From positions 5,056,001-5,120,000 of the forward strand of contig OZ241362.1 in NCBI GenBank assembly GCA_965200315.1: a DNA stretch of 64,000 bases, in the 5' to 3' direction. The DNA comes from Candidatus Latescibacterota bacterium (GTDB taxonomy: Bacteria > Latescibacterota > UBA2968 > UBA8231). The notes beneath the pieces are model-generated. The model did no database searches. It was not told the origin of the DNA and saw nothing but the letters and a program-made list of their open reading frames with translations. A program made the position numbers and the translations under genes. Positions 47,447 through 58,700 of the stretch are shown here, in pieces (position 1 is the first letter of the stretch; every line of letters starts with the position of its first letter).

Positions 47447-48861
47447 TGGCTTTCTTCCGCGATGGCGAAGAGGGTGTTGCGCGAGGCGATGTAGAGGACG
47501 CCGTCGCGGGCGACCGGAGTGGTGTACACGGCGCTGCCCAGATTGGTTTCGTGGAGTAATTCGAGCGTTGTGCCGGCCTTGAGTATATCGACGTCGCCGT
47601 CCTCGTCGCCGATATAGACCTTGCCGTCGGCGACAAAGGGCGAGCCCCAGATCGCGGCGAACGTGTCGTGGGTCCAGTGGTGGGTGCCGGTTTGGGCGTC
47701 GAGGCAATAGACGAAGCCGCTCAGGTCGGCGGCGTAGAGCAGGCCATCGGCGATGGCGACTGTGGAGATGGTGCGGTTGTAGTTTTTGTCGCCGAAGTGC
47801 CAGATTGCGCCCGTCGCGGTGATGTCGCCGCTGCCGCTGGCGTCGATGGCCCACAGGTGGCCCTCGCCTTCGCCGTGCTCGGGGTCTTGGCCAACGCCGA
47901 TATAGACTATGCCGTCGTGGAAGACGGGCGTGGAGACGAGGTTGTTGCGGGTGCCGCGGCCACCTAATTCCCAGACCGAACCCTTGGGGTTGCAGTCGAA
48001 TTTCCACAGTAGTGCGCCGGTGTCGGGCGCGAAGGCATAGACCCAGCCGTCGCCGCCGGGGAAAATTACCTGCTTGCGGCCACCGGCCTCGCCGTAGGCG
48101 GGGTTGGACCACTGGCCGTGCAGAATCTGGTCACCGGGCAGGGCGCTGTCCCAGAGGAGGCTGCCGGTCTGCATGTCGAGGGCGATGAAGCTGGGGGCAA
48201 AGGGGGCCGGGATGTGGACGTGGCCCTCGTCCACGCCGTTGCTGGTTAGGGCGAAGAGCCGGCCATCGACGCCCAGCGGCGAGCTGGTGGCGAGGTTGTG
48301 GGGGAAGACGTCCAGCTCGGCGATCATGTCGAATTTCCAGATGAGATCCGCGTTGGTGGGCGCGGTGGCGGCTTCGTCGGCGATGGGGCCGTCGTTCTCG
48401 CCATCGCGGAAGCCTTCGGTGTCGAGACAGACGACTTCGGCGCGGTTGGAGACATAGTAGAGGCGGTCGCCTTCGATATAAGGGGTGGAACAGACGCCCT
48501 GTTGCGGCCAGTCGTTGACGCGGCCAGCCGGCAGCTTGGGATGGGCGATTTGCCACAGGAAAGCACCGTCCTCTAAGGAAAAGGCCATCACCACGCCGCG
48601 GTCGCCCTTGTGGTTGGGGTCGCGCTCGGCTTGGTTGTTGGTGCCGACGAAAATTTTGTCGCCGGCGATCAGGGGGCCGGCGTAAGTCTGCGAGCCGAGC
48701 GTGGCGCGCCACTTGACGTTTGTGCCGCTGGCGGTGTCCCAAGTGGTGGGTAGGTTTTGCTCGTCCGAGACTTGGTTGCGCCCGGGCGAGCCGCCCCACA
48801 TGGCGGTTTGGGCACTGACGGAGGCGGTTAGGGCGAGGATGAGGCAAATAGCGATAGTCAT
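47443..48861 (-). CDS. Secreted PQQ-like beta-propeller protein with acidic inserts
   Basis: Signal peptide; repeated blades; inserts DTEGFRDGENDGP, NGVDEGH and GQDPEHGEG. Confidence 0.85.
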   Translation of the reverse strand: MTIAICLILALTASVSAQTAMWGGSPGRNQVSDEQNLPTTWDTASGTNVKWRATLGSQTYAGPLIAGDKIFVGTNNQAERDPNHKGDRGVVMAFSLEDGAFLWQIAHPKLPAGRVNDWPQQGVCSTPYIEGDRLYYVSNRAEVVCLDTEGFRDGENDGPIADEAATAPTNADLIWKFDMIAELDVFPHNLATSSPLGVDGRLFALTSNGVDEGHVHIPAPFAPSFIALDMQTGSLLWDSALPGDQILHGQWSNPAYGEAGGRKQVIFPGGDGWVYAFAPDTGALLWKFDCNPKGSVWELGGRGTRNNLVSTPVFHDGIVYIGVGQDPEHGEGEGHLWAIDASGSGDITATGAIWHFGDKNYNRTISTVAIADGLLYAADLSGFVYCLDAQTGTHHWTHDTFAAIWGSPFVADGKVYIGDEDGDVDILKAGTTLELLHETNLGSAVYTTPVARDGVLYIASRNTLFAIAEESQ

Positions 48862-51023
48862 CACCAAACTTTCAGGTTGTCGTAGTAGATTTCAGCGGGA
48901 GAATAGCCGTAGAGTCCGGGGCTGCCGCTGCGGTTGGGCAGGGGATCGACCGCTTGGATGCTCCACGCGGCTGGCTCTGGCTCGTCGCGGGGCCAGACCT
49001 TGCCGCGGATGTAGGCCATATCGCCTTTGAGTTCCACCTGGATCTTCACGGTGTACCAGACGCCGGTTTCCCAAGCAAAGGGCACGGTTTTGGCCATCCG
49101 CAGCTCGGCGGCCCAAGTGCGAATCTGCAACTGCTGATGGTAGCCCATCAGGTCAAGGGTGTAGCGATTGGCGATCAGGCCCATGTCGGGGACGGCGCGG
49201 CGCTTCTTGGTGCCGAGCAGGTCGGCTTGGATGGTGTAGCCGGTCATGGTGGGCGCACCGAGGTAGGTGTTGGCGCGGTGCAGGCCGCGGGCGGCGGGTG
49301 GCTTGACCAACACCTTGTTGCCTTCCATTTCGCGCACCTTGAATTTGGTGCCTGTGCCGATCCAAGCTGGCGAGGCGTCAACGGTGAAACCCTCGAAGTC
49401 TTCGCTGTAGGTTGGCGGCGGCAGCACGGCGATGCGCGCCTCGGCAGTCAATTCGCCGGCGCTGGCGACGATTTTGCCACCGCTCGGTGCGTCTGCGAGG
49501 ACAAGCGTATTGCCGTCGAGTTGGCCAACTGGACCGGCGAGTGTCCATTCGGCTGAGGCCGGGCCAATTAGGCGGCCGTCTGCGTCGAAGGTTCGGGCGC
49601 GGAACAGCACGCGGGCCCCGGGCTGAGCTACGACTTCGGCGGGAATGATTTGCAGGTGCGCCGGTGTTGCGCTTGGGGCAGCTTGCGCGCGTGGGTAGCT
49701 CGCTGCGGTCGCGGCGACCTCGAACCTCGCCGCTGGATCGCCGAGGCAGTAAACGCCCGCTTCGGTGGCAAGGTAGATGTGGCCGTAGGCTACGGCAGGC
49801 GAGCCGAACAGTTCGGCCGGGCGTCCGTCGGGCATGGCAATCTCGGCGAGGTCGAGGGTCTCGGCGGCGGTGCTGTCAGGGGCGACGATGACAAAGCGGC
49901 CGTTGACCTCTGGCGCGTAGAGCCGGCCGTCGGCCAGCACAGGCGATCCCTTGCCGACGGTGCCGATGTTGTGGACCCAGTGGACTTGGCCGGTCTCGGC
50001 GTCGAGTGCGTGGATGTTGGCCGAGTTGTCGATGAGGTACAAGCGGCCGTCGTGGACGACCGGGCTACTGTAACCGGCGAAGACGCCATCGTAGCGCCAG
50101 ACCTCGTGGGTGTTCGCAACGTCGCCTTGGCCCGTGGCGTCGATGCACACGACGCGGCCGAGGGCGGTGTTGTCGAGGTTTTCCTCGCTGTGGGCTGCGT
50201 ACACCTTGTCGCCCGCGACGACGACCGAAGAGTTGATGCCGCGCCGACTCAGCTTGAAGCCCCACACCGTCTCGCCGGTGCGGATTTTCATGGCATAGAT
50301 GGCGCCGTCGGCGTTGCCGCCGATGAGCAGGCGGACGCCGTTGATGGTGGCGACGACGGGGACTGAGTACGTGGTGTCGAGCGGCCGGCCCCCCGGGGTG
50401 GCGATCCAGACGACTGCGCCGCTGCGCTTGTCAAAGGCGAAGTAGCGATGGCGGCCCGGCGTGTGCTGGCCCCAATTGGAGCTGAGATAGCTGATGATGA
50501 CGAGGTCTTCATCGACGACGGGCGTGTGGACGCGGCCGCCGTAGCCGGAGATGCGCCCGAATTCCTCGGTCAGCGAGCGCGACCATATTACCTTGCCGTC
50601 GCGGTCAAAGCAAAAGAACAGTCCGCTGACCGTGTGGGCATAGACATAGCCGGTCTCTGGGTCGCCGGCGAGGCTGGCCCAGCCGACGCGATTGAAGGGG
50701 ATGGTGGTGTGGAAGATGTTGTAGGCGTGTTCCCAGAGCAGGGTGCCGTCTTGGGCGTCAAAGGCGGCCACAACGCCCTCTTCCGCGATGTCCTCGCCGC
50801 GGCGACCGATGACGAATACTCGTCCGTCGAGGACGATGGGGGTCGAGCGGCTGGTGAATTCGGCGTGCCAGACCGGCGACCAGGATGCGACGAGGCCGGT
50901 CTCTTCGGAGACGCCGTTTTGCGCTGGGCCGCGCCAAGAGGGCCAGTCGGCTGGGTAGGCGCTGGAAACGGCGAACAGGAGGCCAAGAAAGGCATGGGGA
51001 AGTTGCAGGCGGAGATTGGGCAC
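48861..51023 (-). CDS. Secreted PQQ-like beta-propeller with C-terminal Ig-like and beta-sandwich (ConA-like) domains; first gene of the cluster
   Basis: AAGGA SD before GTG 51023; DWPSWRGP; C-terminal YSEDFE...WYTVK...GKVW...YYDNLKV. Confidence 0.8.
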   Translation of the reverse strand: MPNLRLQLPHAFLGLLFAVSSAYPADWPSWRGPAQNGVSEETGLVASWSPVWHAEFTSRSTPIVLDGRVFVIGRRGEDIAEEGVVAAFDAQDGTLLWEHAYNIFHTTIPFNRVGWASLAGDPETGYVYAHTVSGLFFCFDRDGKVIWSRSLTEEFGRISGYGGRVHTPVVDEDLVIISYLSSNWGQHTPGRHRYFAFDKRSGAVVWIATPGGRPLDTTYSVPVVATINGVRLLIGGNADGAIYAMKIRTGETVWGFKLSRRGINSSVVVAGDKVYAAHSEENLDNTALGRVVCIDATGQGDVANTHEVWRYDGVFAGYSSPVVHDGRLYLIDNSANIHALDAETGQVHWVHNIGTVGKGSPVLADGRLYAPEVNGRFVIVAPDSTAAETLDLAEIAMPDGRPAELFGSPAVAYGHIYLATEAGVYCLGDPAARFEVAATAASYPRAQAAPSATPAHLQIIPAEVVAQPGARVLFRARTFDADGRLIGPASAEWTLAGPVGQLDGNTLVLADAPSGGKIVASAGELTAEARIAVLPPPTYSEDFEGFTVDASPAWIGTGTKFKVREMEGNKVLVKPPAARGLHRANTYLGAPTMTGYTIQADLLGTKKRRAVPDMGLIANRYTLDLMGYHQQLQIRTWAAELRMAKTVPFAWETGVWYTVKIQVELKGDMAYIRGKVWPRDEPEPAAWSIQAVDPLPNRSGSPGLYGYSPAEIYYDNLKVW

Positions 51024-51150
51024 GGCTAGTCCTTGGTAGAGCAAGAGCGGAGGTTGAACTTTAGTAAGTACATAAAGAGTGTCGCCAATTCTTGTCAATC
51101 GGCGGCTTGATGTGCAATTTGTCCAAGTCCATTCACAAGCGGGAGGAGCC

Positions 51151-52362
51151 ATGAGCAATCAGAAAGACTACACAGTCCGTGCGACCCACTGTAGCCACCA
51201 AGCGTCGCCGGATGAAATCTACGACCAGCTAGCGGAAATCACTGCGCCGTTGCAGCGGTCGTGGGCCAAGATCGAAAAGGCGCGGCGGATCGGCATCAAG
51301 ATCAACATGCAGATGCGGACCAATAGTATCCGCCGGATCGGCGGGCGGCGGCAGGAATTGGTAGATGACGACGTGATGCGGGCGGTGCTGCGGCTGTTGC
51401 GGGAGCGCAGCGACGCGGAGATTTTCGCGCTCGACACCAGTGCTGCGCCGCCGGGCGAGCGCCCAGGTGACGATTTCAACGCCGGGCATATCTTGGAGGA
51501 ATTTGGCGTCGAATACGTCGAGGCTGGCGATCCGCCCTTTGAGCGCTACAAGGTGCCTAACGGTGGGATCATGTTTTCCGAGTACCAGCTTTCCGCCGCT
51601 TTGGGCGAGGCCGACGCCTTCGTCTCGCTGGCCAAGATGAAAAACCACGGTTTTATGGGCATTACCCTGTGCCTGAAAAACCTCTTCGGCCTGCCGCCAA
51701 TCCCGCCGCATGGCCGCTTGCGCACGTACTTCCATCACGTCATCCGTCTCTCGTATGTCCTGCCCGATTTAGGACTGATTGCCCAACCTTGTCTCAACAT
51801 TATCGACGGACTGACCGGTCAGGCTCGCAGGGAGTGGGGTGGCGAGGGGCGGATCGCCGACTGCTTGGTCGCGGGTGATCACGTCATCGCCACTGACGCT
51901 TGTGGGTCGTACCTGATGGGCACGGACCCCCGGCTCGATTGGCCGACGCCGCCCTTCCGCCGCGACCGCAGCCCGGTGGCGGTGGCGGCCGAGCACGGCT
52001 TCGGCACGGTAGATTTGGACGAAATCGACTTTGCTGCGGAGGGCCTGACGCCGCCGGTAGCTGAATTTGACTCGGCGGAAGCTGAGCCGCCGGAGCAGAT
52101 CGCACGGCTGCGACAGACGGCCAGCGAGCAGGCGCTTTTTTACCGCGACCACTGCGAGCGGATTTGGGACGCCCACGCTGGCCAGTACGTCTTTTTGCAG
52201 GACGGCGAGGTGATTTGGAGCGGACTCAAGCCCGAAGAAGCGGGAGCCGTACAGCACGTTGCCGCCGGCAAAAAGGATCAGGCGGTCTGGCTCAAGTTAG
52301 CCGATCCTGAAGAGTGCGAAGGTGAGCGGATGGAGGTGTACGAGAAGATTCTGGCGGCTTGA
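51151..52362 (+). CDS. DUF362-domain protein
   Basis: GGAGGAG SD; LAKMKNH...ITLCLKNLFG, IIDG and DVIATD-like motifs. Confidence 0.8.
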   Translation: MSNQKDYTVRATHCSHQASPDEIYDQLAEITAPLQRSWAKIEKARRIGIKINMQMRTNSIRRIGGRRQELVDDDVMRAVLRLLRERSDAEIFALDTSAAPPGERPGDDFNAGHILEEFGVEYVEAGDPPFERYKVPNGGIMFSEYQLSAALGEADAFVSLAKMKNHGFMGITLCLKNLFGLPPIPPHGRLRTYFHHVIRLSYVLPDLGLIAQPCLNIIDGLTGQARREWGGEGRIADCLVAGDHVIATDACGSYLMGTDPRLDWPTPPFRRDRSPVAVAAEHGFGTVDLDEIDFAAEGLTPPVAEFDSAEAEPPEQIARLRQTASEQALFYRDHCERIWDAHAGQYVFLQDGEVIWSGLKPEEAGAVQHVAAGKKDQAVWLKLADPEECEGERMEVYEKILAA

Positions 52363-52363
52363 A

Positions 52364-55300
52364 ATGAATTATCAAAGCGGATTGCGCGATAACTACTCCA
52401 GAGGCAGTGCCGGAGACTATCTCGCCGGCCTGCTCAGACAAGATACAGAGCTATCTGTTGTTTCTGCATACTTTTCGATGCAGGCGTACCGTGCATTGCA
52501 GAAAAAGCTGGATCAGATCGACCACCTGCGTTTTCTCTTTGGGGAGCCGAAGTTTTTAGGTCGCCTCGACAAGGACCTGAAAGCGACGAGGGAATACAGC
52601 CTCAGTGAGCAGGGGCTCAAGCTAGAAAATCAACTGTCGCAGCGAAAACTCGCTAAAGAGTGTGCTGATTGGATAAACGAAAAGGTCGATATCCGATCCG
52701 TGCGGCAAGCGGGTCTGTTGCACGGGAAGATGTATCACGTCCAGAATGGCGAGGTAGCCCATGCTCTTCTTGGAAGCTCGAATTTTACTGTTCCGGGCCT
52801 TGGCCTTGGTGAACGCGGCAACAACATTGAGCTCAACCTCGTCGTTGATAGCGACCGCGATCGCCAAGACCTGCTAGCGTGGTTCAATGATTGGTGGTCC
52901 TGTGATAAGCGTACCGAAGATGTTAGAGCACAAGTGCTCCGCGAATTGGCCCGTCTCTACGACAATCAAGCGCCCGAATTTATCTACTACCTGACGCTCT
53001 TCCACCTTTTTCGAGACTTCGTAGATGGCGAAAGAGACGCCGAAACCGAATTGGACCGCTTGGCGCTACCGGACATGAACATCTGGAAAGCACTTTACTC
53101 CTTCCAGAAGGATGGTGCCAAGGCAGCGATCAACAAAATTCGGGAGTTTAACGGTTGTGTTCTTGCCGATAGTGTGGGCCTTGGCAAAACCTTCACAGCC
53201 CTCGCGGTGATCAAGTATTTTGAACTCAAGAACGAGCGGGTGTTAGTACTTTGTCCCAAGAAATTGCGCCTGAACTGGATCCTCTACCGCAACAACAGCA
53301 ACCTGAATCCTTTTGTCGAGGATAGATTCCGCTACGACGTGCTGTCCCACACCGATCTCTCCCGGGAACGAGGGGATGTAGATGGCATTGACCTCGCTAC
53401 GATGAACTGGGGCAACTACGACCTCTTGGTCATCGACGAATCGCACAACTTCCGCAACAACAACCGAGCGCGGCAAACGCCGGGGGATAAACCCAAGCAG
53501 ACGCGATACGAGAAACTCGTTGAAGAAATTGTCAACAAGGGGATTAGAACAAAGGTTCTGCTGATTTCGGCGACCCCGGTGAATAACGAGCTTTCCGACC
53601 TGCGCAATCAAATCTCCTTCATTGCGGGCGGCGATGTATCGCGGGATCCAGTAGCCGATGCCGCCTTCCACCGCAACCTAGAAATTCAATCCGTCAAGGA
53701 GACGAATCGCAAAGCTCAGGCGCATTTTACGGCGTGGGCAAATCAACCGCCCGCGAAACGCCGTAATCACGATCTACTGCAAGCGATTGGCGGAGACTTT
53801 TTTAAACTATTGGACGGCCTAAGTATCGCCCGGTCCCGCAAACAGATTCAGCGGTATTACGAGAAGGAAATGGCCGCGCTCGGTGGATTCCCGGACCGGC
53901 CTCCCCCGCGCTCAATCCATCCGCCGATTGACCGCGAGGAGGGGTATTTGTCTTTTGAGCAGTTGGACGATGAAATCAATAAGCTAACGCTGGCCCTCTA
54001 CCATCCAACGCATCACCTGAGTTCAGACCTTCCTGACGCTATCAAGAAAAGCTACCAAGACGAAATCATGGGGGGATTTACTCAGGAAGGCCGCGAGAAA
54101 ATTCTCATTAGCATGATGAAGGTCAATCTGCTCAAGCGGCTAGAAAGTTCGGTGGATTCATTCCGCCTGACGCTATCGAGAACAATAGAGAAGATCGACG
54201 AACTAGAGAAAAGAATCCAAAGCTTTGAACGACATATAGAAGAGAATCCAGAAGTCGATTACGACACTGTGATGCCGGGCGACCTCGACGATCCCGACCT
54301 CGAAGACAGCGACTTTACGGTGGGAGGAAAGCGCAGGTTCCACTTGGGGCACATTGACCTTGCCCAATGGTGCGCAGCGATTCGCCGCGACCGGGAACAG
54401 CTTCAATTCCTGCTGAAAGGGGCAACCGCCATATCCGTAGAACGAGATGCAAAACTGGCGGAACTGCGGGCTGTCATTGACGACAAGTTTAGGGAGCCGA
54501 CCACGACCAAGGATGGACGGAAAAATCGCAAGGTGCTCATCTTCACGGCATTCGCGGATACTGCGCGCTACCTACACGCCAACCTCGTTCAACACATACG
54601 AAAACAGGGTGCGCACATGGCGCTGGTCTGCGGCGACGGCGGCAATAAGACCTCGCTGGGTAATGCAGACTACGATGACATTCTCACCAACTTCAGTCCG
54701 ATCTCCAAGCAGCGAGCTGAACGTCCCGGCTTCTCGCAGGACGAGGAAATTGACGTTCTGATTGCTACGGACTGTATCTCCGAAGGCCAGAACCTCCAAG
54801 ACTGCGACCTGCTGATTAACTACGACATCCACTGGAATCCAGTGCGCATCATACAGCGTTTCGGGCGCATCGACCGCATCGGTACGCACAACAAAGCCGT
54901 TCACTTAACCAACTTCTGGCCGGTGCAGGACTTGGATCATTATCTAAACGTGAAGCACCGCGTTGAAGCGCGCATGGCGTTGGTTGACCTGTCCGCAACT
55001 CAGACCGATAATCTGCTCGAAGACGGGCAACTTGAAGAGCTGATTGCGAAAGATCTTCTGTTCCGCAACCAGCAGTTGAAGCGCTTACAAAAAGAAATCC
55101 TCGACTTGGAGGATTTTGACGACCATATCACGCTGTCCGACTTCTCGCTGGATGAGTTCCGGCTCGATCTGTTGCAGTTTCTCGAGTTGCGCCGCGCTGA
55201 ATTAGAAGCCGCACATCCCGGTCTCTATGCCGCGGTGCCGCCCAAAGCCGATAATCCGCTGGCGCAACCGGGCGTCATTTTTTGTTTGCAACACTGTCCT

Positions 55301-55714
55301 GCCGACGAGTCTGAGGTTCTTCCGCAAAAAGGCGGAGTGCCCGAGATCAATCCACTTGGCCGTTACTACCTGATCTACGTTTTGGACGACGGCACTGTGC
55401 GCCTGACTTTTGCCCAACCCAAGCAGGCCCTCAACCTCCTGCGCGATTTGGCCACTGGGCACTCCTCGGCACTTGAGGAACTGTGCGACCTATTCGACGT
55501 GCGGACACAGGATGGGGCCGATATGAGCCGCTATGATCGGCTCGTCAAAAAGGCCCTTGAATCGATCAAGCGCACGTTCAGTAAGCGCGCTATGGAAATG
55601 CTGGTTGCCGGGCGCAGCGGTCGGTTGCCGGCGGCCGGCGAAGTTCCCTCTGATCACGAAGAAGAGTACAAGCTGTTGACTTGGCTGGTCATCTTGGATA
55701 CATATAGCGAGTAA
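52364..55714 (+). CDS. PLD-nuclease + SNF2-family helicase fusion
   Basis: LHGKMY...GSSN; DSVGLGKT; DESH; SATP; SEGQNLQ; QRFGRIDR. Confidence 0.88.
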   Translation: MNYQSGLRDNYSRGSAGDYLAGLLRQDTELSVVSAYFSMQAYRALQKKLDQIDHLRFLFGEPKFLGRLDKDLKATREYSLSEQGLKLENQLSQRKLAKECADWINEKVDIRSVRQAGLLHGKMYHVQNGEVAHALLGSSNFTVPGLGLGERGNNIELNLVVDSDRDRQDLLAWFNDWWSCDKRTEDVRAQVLRELARLYDNQAPEFIYYLTLFHLFRDFVDGERDAETELDRLALPDMNIWKALYSFQKDGAKAAINKIREFNGCVLADSVGLGKTFTALAVIKYFELKNERVLVLCPKKLRLNWILYRNNSNLNPFVEDRFRYDVLSHTDLSRERGDVDGIDLATMNWGNYDLLVIDESHNFRNNNRARQTPGDKPKQTRYEKLVEEIVNKGIRTKVLLISATPVNNELSDLRNQISFIAGGDVSRDPVADAAFHRNLEIQSVKETNRKAQAHFTAWANQPPAKRRNHDLLQAIGGDFFKLLDGLSIARSRKQIQRYYEKEMAALGGFPDRPPPRSIHPPIDREEGYLSFEQLDDEINKLTLALYHPTHHLSSDLPDAIKKSYQDEIMGGFTQEGREKILISMMKVNLLKRLESSVDSFRLTLSRTIEKIDELEKRIQSFERHIEENPEVDYDTVMPGDLDDPDLEDSDFTVGGKRRFHLGHIDLAQWCAAIRRDREQLQFLLKGATAISVERDAKLAELRAVIDDKFREPTTTKDGRKNRKVLIFTAFADTARYLHANLVQHIRKQGAHMALVCGDGGNKTSLGNADYDDILTNFSPISKQRAERPGFSQDEEIDVLIATDCISEGQNLQDCDLLINYDIHWNPVRIIQRFGRIDRIGTHNKAVHLTNFWPVQDLDHYLNVKHRVEARMALVDLSATQTDNLLEDGQLEELIAKDLLFRNQQLKRLQKEILDLEDFDDHITLSDFSLDEFRLDLLQFLELRRAELEAAHPGLYAAVPPKADNPLAQPGVIFCLQHCPADESEVLPQKGGVPEINPLGRYYLIYVLDDGTVRLTFAQPKQALNLLRDLATGHSSALEELCDLFDVRTQDGADMSRYDRLVKKALESIKRTFSKRAMEMLVAGRSGRLPAAGEVPSDHEEEYKLLTWLVILDTYSE

Positions 55715-55720
55715 CAGACT

Positions 55721-58700
55721 ATGAAAGACTCGAACAGAAACCAAATTGCGGGTGCGCTGGCGGCGATGCCAGCGGACGACTTTATGGCTGCGGCACAGGA
55801 GCTATTGAATGTCTTGCGCTATGAGAGCACGAAGAGGATTCCGCTTTCCGGCGATGTGGACGCTTTTTTAGCGGCACTGCCGCCGAGTCCCAAGACGCAG
55901 GCGACCGAGCGGTTTCGCAGCAACGCGGCATCCGCGCATATCGTCTTTCAGCTAACGGACGAGGAAATCGCGGTTGGGGCGAAGGGGCAACAAAGGCTGC
56001 TCACGACCAATGGCTTTGATACAGGCAACAACAAGAGTTTTCTCTTTGTGGCGGTGGAGTTGACCGGGACCAGTTACTCTCGCAGCGAGTACTCCTTGTT
56101 CACCCGCGAGATCAACAAGCGGTTTCCCATCCCCACCGTCGTCCTATTCAAGACCGCCAACGATCTGCTTACGCTCGCTTTTGTCCATCGCCGCGAAAAC
56201 AAGCGCAACCCGGAGCGCGATGTGCTCGGCAGCGTTGCGCTCGTGCGGCAGATAGACTTGAGCGATCCCCATCGCGCTCATCTAGACATTCTCGGCGACC
56301 TTGCGTTGGAAGAGCGACTGCGCTGGATGGATACCAAAGACCATCCAACGAATTTTGACGGCTTGCTAGCTGCTTGGCTGGACGCACTGGACACCGAGGA
56401 ACTGAACCGCCGGTTCTACCGAGACCTGTTCGGCTGGTTCGAGCGCACTATCCGCGAGGCGACTTTTCCGAGCAAGCAGAAACGAACGCTCCCGCCGGAG
56501 GAACACGTCATCCGCCTCATTACTCGCCTGTTGTTTATTTGGTTCATCAAAGAGAAAAGGCTGGTCGCCGAAGAGCTATTCATTGAGGAGCAGGTCAGCC
56601 GACTGCTGAAAAATTACGACCGCGACGCGGGAGATTCCTATTACCGAGCCGTGTTGCAAAACCTGTTTTTCGCTACGCTAAACACGGAAATAGGCAAGCG
56701 CGGTTTTAGCAAGGTAAGCAATACCACACACCGCAATTTTTCTCGCTATCGCCATAAAAAAGAAATCAGCGATCCCGACGCGCTATTGGATTTGTTAGCT
56801 CAGACCCCTTTCATCAACGGAGGCTTATTTGACTGTCTCGATAGTGAAGAGGCAACCGGCGACGGCGGCTATCGCATCGACTGCTTTTCCGACAACCCGA
56901 GTCATCGCAACCTACTGTCCATTCCCAATCGCCTGTTCTTTGACGATAAAGGGCTAATTCGCCTGTTTGAACACTACAAGTTCACAGTGGAGGAGAACAC
57001 GCCAGCGGAGCGGGAAGTTGCGCTGGACCCGGAATTGTTGGGCAAGGTCTTTGAAAACCTGCTGGCCGCTGTCAATCCAGAAACCCGCGAGACGGCCCGC
57101 AAGCAGACGGGGTCTTACTATACGCCGCGGCCGGTAGTGGATTATATGGTGGATGAGGCGTTGGTGGAGACGTTGGCGGCCAAAATCCAACCGGCGGATG
57201 GCGATAGCAAGTTTTGGCGAGAGCGACTCCATTATCTGCTGGACTACAACGACGCTAGCGAACTTTTTGACGCGGATGAAACTGAGGGTCTCGTTCGCGC
57301 CATCGCCGGGATCAAGATTCTCGATCCGGCCGTGGGTTCGGGTGCTTTTCCTATGGGGGTACTGCACAAGCTGACGCTGGCTCTGCGTCGCCTTGACCCG
57401 GAGAACAAGCAGTGGGAAACGCTGCAAAAGGAAATGGCTGGACGGCGTGCGACCGATGCTTTTGATACCCATAATCGCCGGGAACGCCCGGCCGAATTGA
57501 AGGAAATAAGCGATACTTTTGAGCGTTACCGCGACTCGGACTTCGGGCGTAAGCTGTATCTCATTCAGAACAGCATTTTTGGTGTGGACATTCAGCCCAT
57601 CGCCTGCCAGATCGCCAAGCTGCGGTTCTTCATTTCTCTTGCTATTGAGCAGGAACCTAACAGCGACCAAGATGACAACTTTGGCATTCAGCCGTTGCCC
57701 AATTTGGAGACGCGGTTTGTGGCGGCGAATACGCTGTTGGGATTAGGTAAACGAGTCTTGGCTAGCGACGAAGCACACCGTTTAGAGCGAGAATTACACG
57801 CCAATCGCGAGCGGCATTTCCACGCTACTAATCGTCGGGTAAAACTGAGATGCCGTAAGGTTGATGAGAAACTACGGGAAGCTTTGGCAGGGAAATTAAG
57901 GCAGATTGGGATGCCCACTGCCGCTGCGGACAAAATCGCGCAGTGGAACCCTTATGACCAGAACGCGAAAGCGGATTGGTTCGACGCCGAATATATGTTC
58001 GGTGTGCCCAAGGGATTTGACGCGGTGATTGGGAATCCGCCATACATTCAGTTACAGAAAGACGGCGGCAAACTGGGCAAGCTCTACAAGGATATCGGCT
58101 ATGAAACGTTCGCCCGCACTGGCGACATCTATCAGCTTTTCTATGAGTGTGGCTGTCAGTTGCTCAGACCGACTCAAGGCTTGCTGGTCTATATCACTTC
58201 CAATAGCTGGCTCAAGGCGGAATACGGCAAAGCCCTGCGACGCTACTTCTCCGAGAGGCACACGTCGCTACGCCTGCTGGAAACGGGTAAGGATGTTTTT
58301 GAGAACGCCATTGTTGACACCAGCATCCTGATCGTGCGCGAGGGCAGAGGCAATACCACATGCGATGCCGTTGATATGGACAAGCTGGACGCTAAAGACT
58401 TCCCACCTGATGAAAGTCTTTGGGGACAGATGCACCCGGATGGCGAAAAGCCTTGGAGTATTCTGTCTCAAGCCGAACACAGCGTTATGAATAAGATGAA
58501 GGCTAAAGGGATTCCATTGAAAGATTGGGAGATAAAGATAAATCGTGGAATCACTACTGGCTGCAATGATGCTTTCATAATTGATGATGAGACCAAAAAG
58601 GGACTCGTTAGAGAAGACTCTAATTCTGCGGATCTCATCAAGCCGGTACTACGTGGCCGGGACATTCAGCGTTATCAAGCAAAGTGGGCTGGCTTTTGGC

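Noticed and set aside
35838-51023. PQQ biosynthesis genes, BamB or classic quinoprotein dehydrogenases
   Set aside because: No pqqA-E, no bam context, no evident lipoboxes, no vicinal Cys pair; most of the proteins are shorter than quinoprotein alcohol dehydrogenases.
51061-51098. Sigma70 promoter for the large cluster
   Set aside because: A perfect TTGACA lies on the minus strand at 51098-51093, but there is no good -10 at 16-18 nt spacing.
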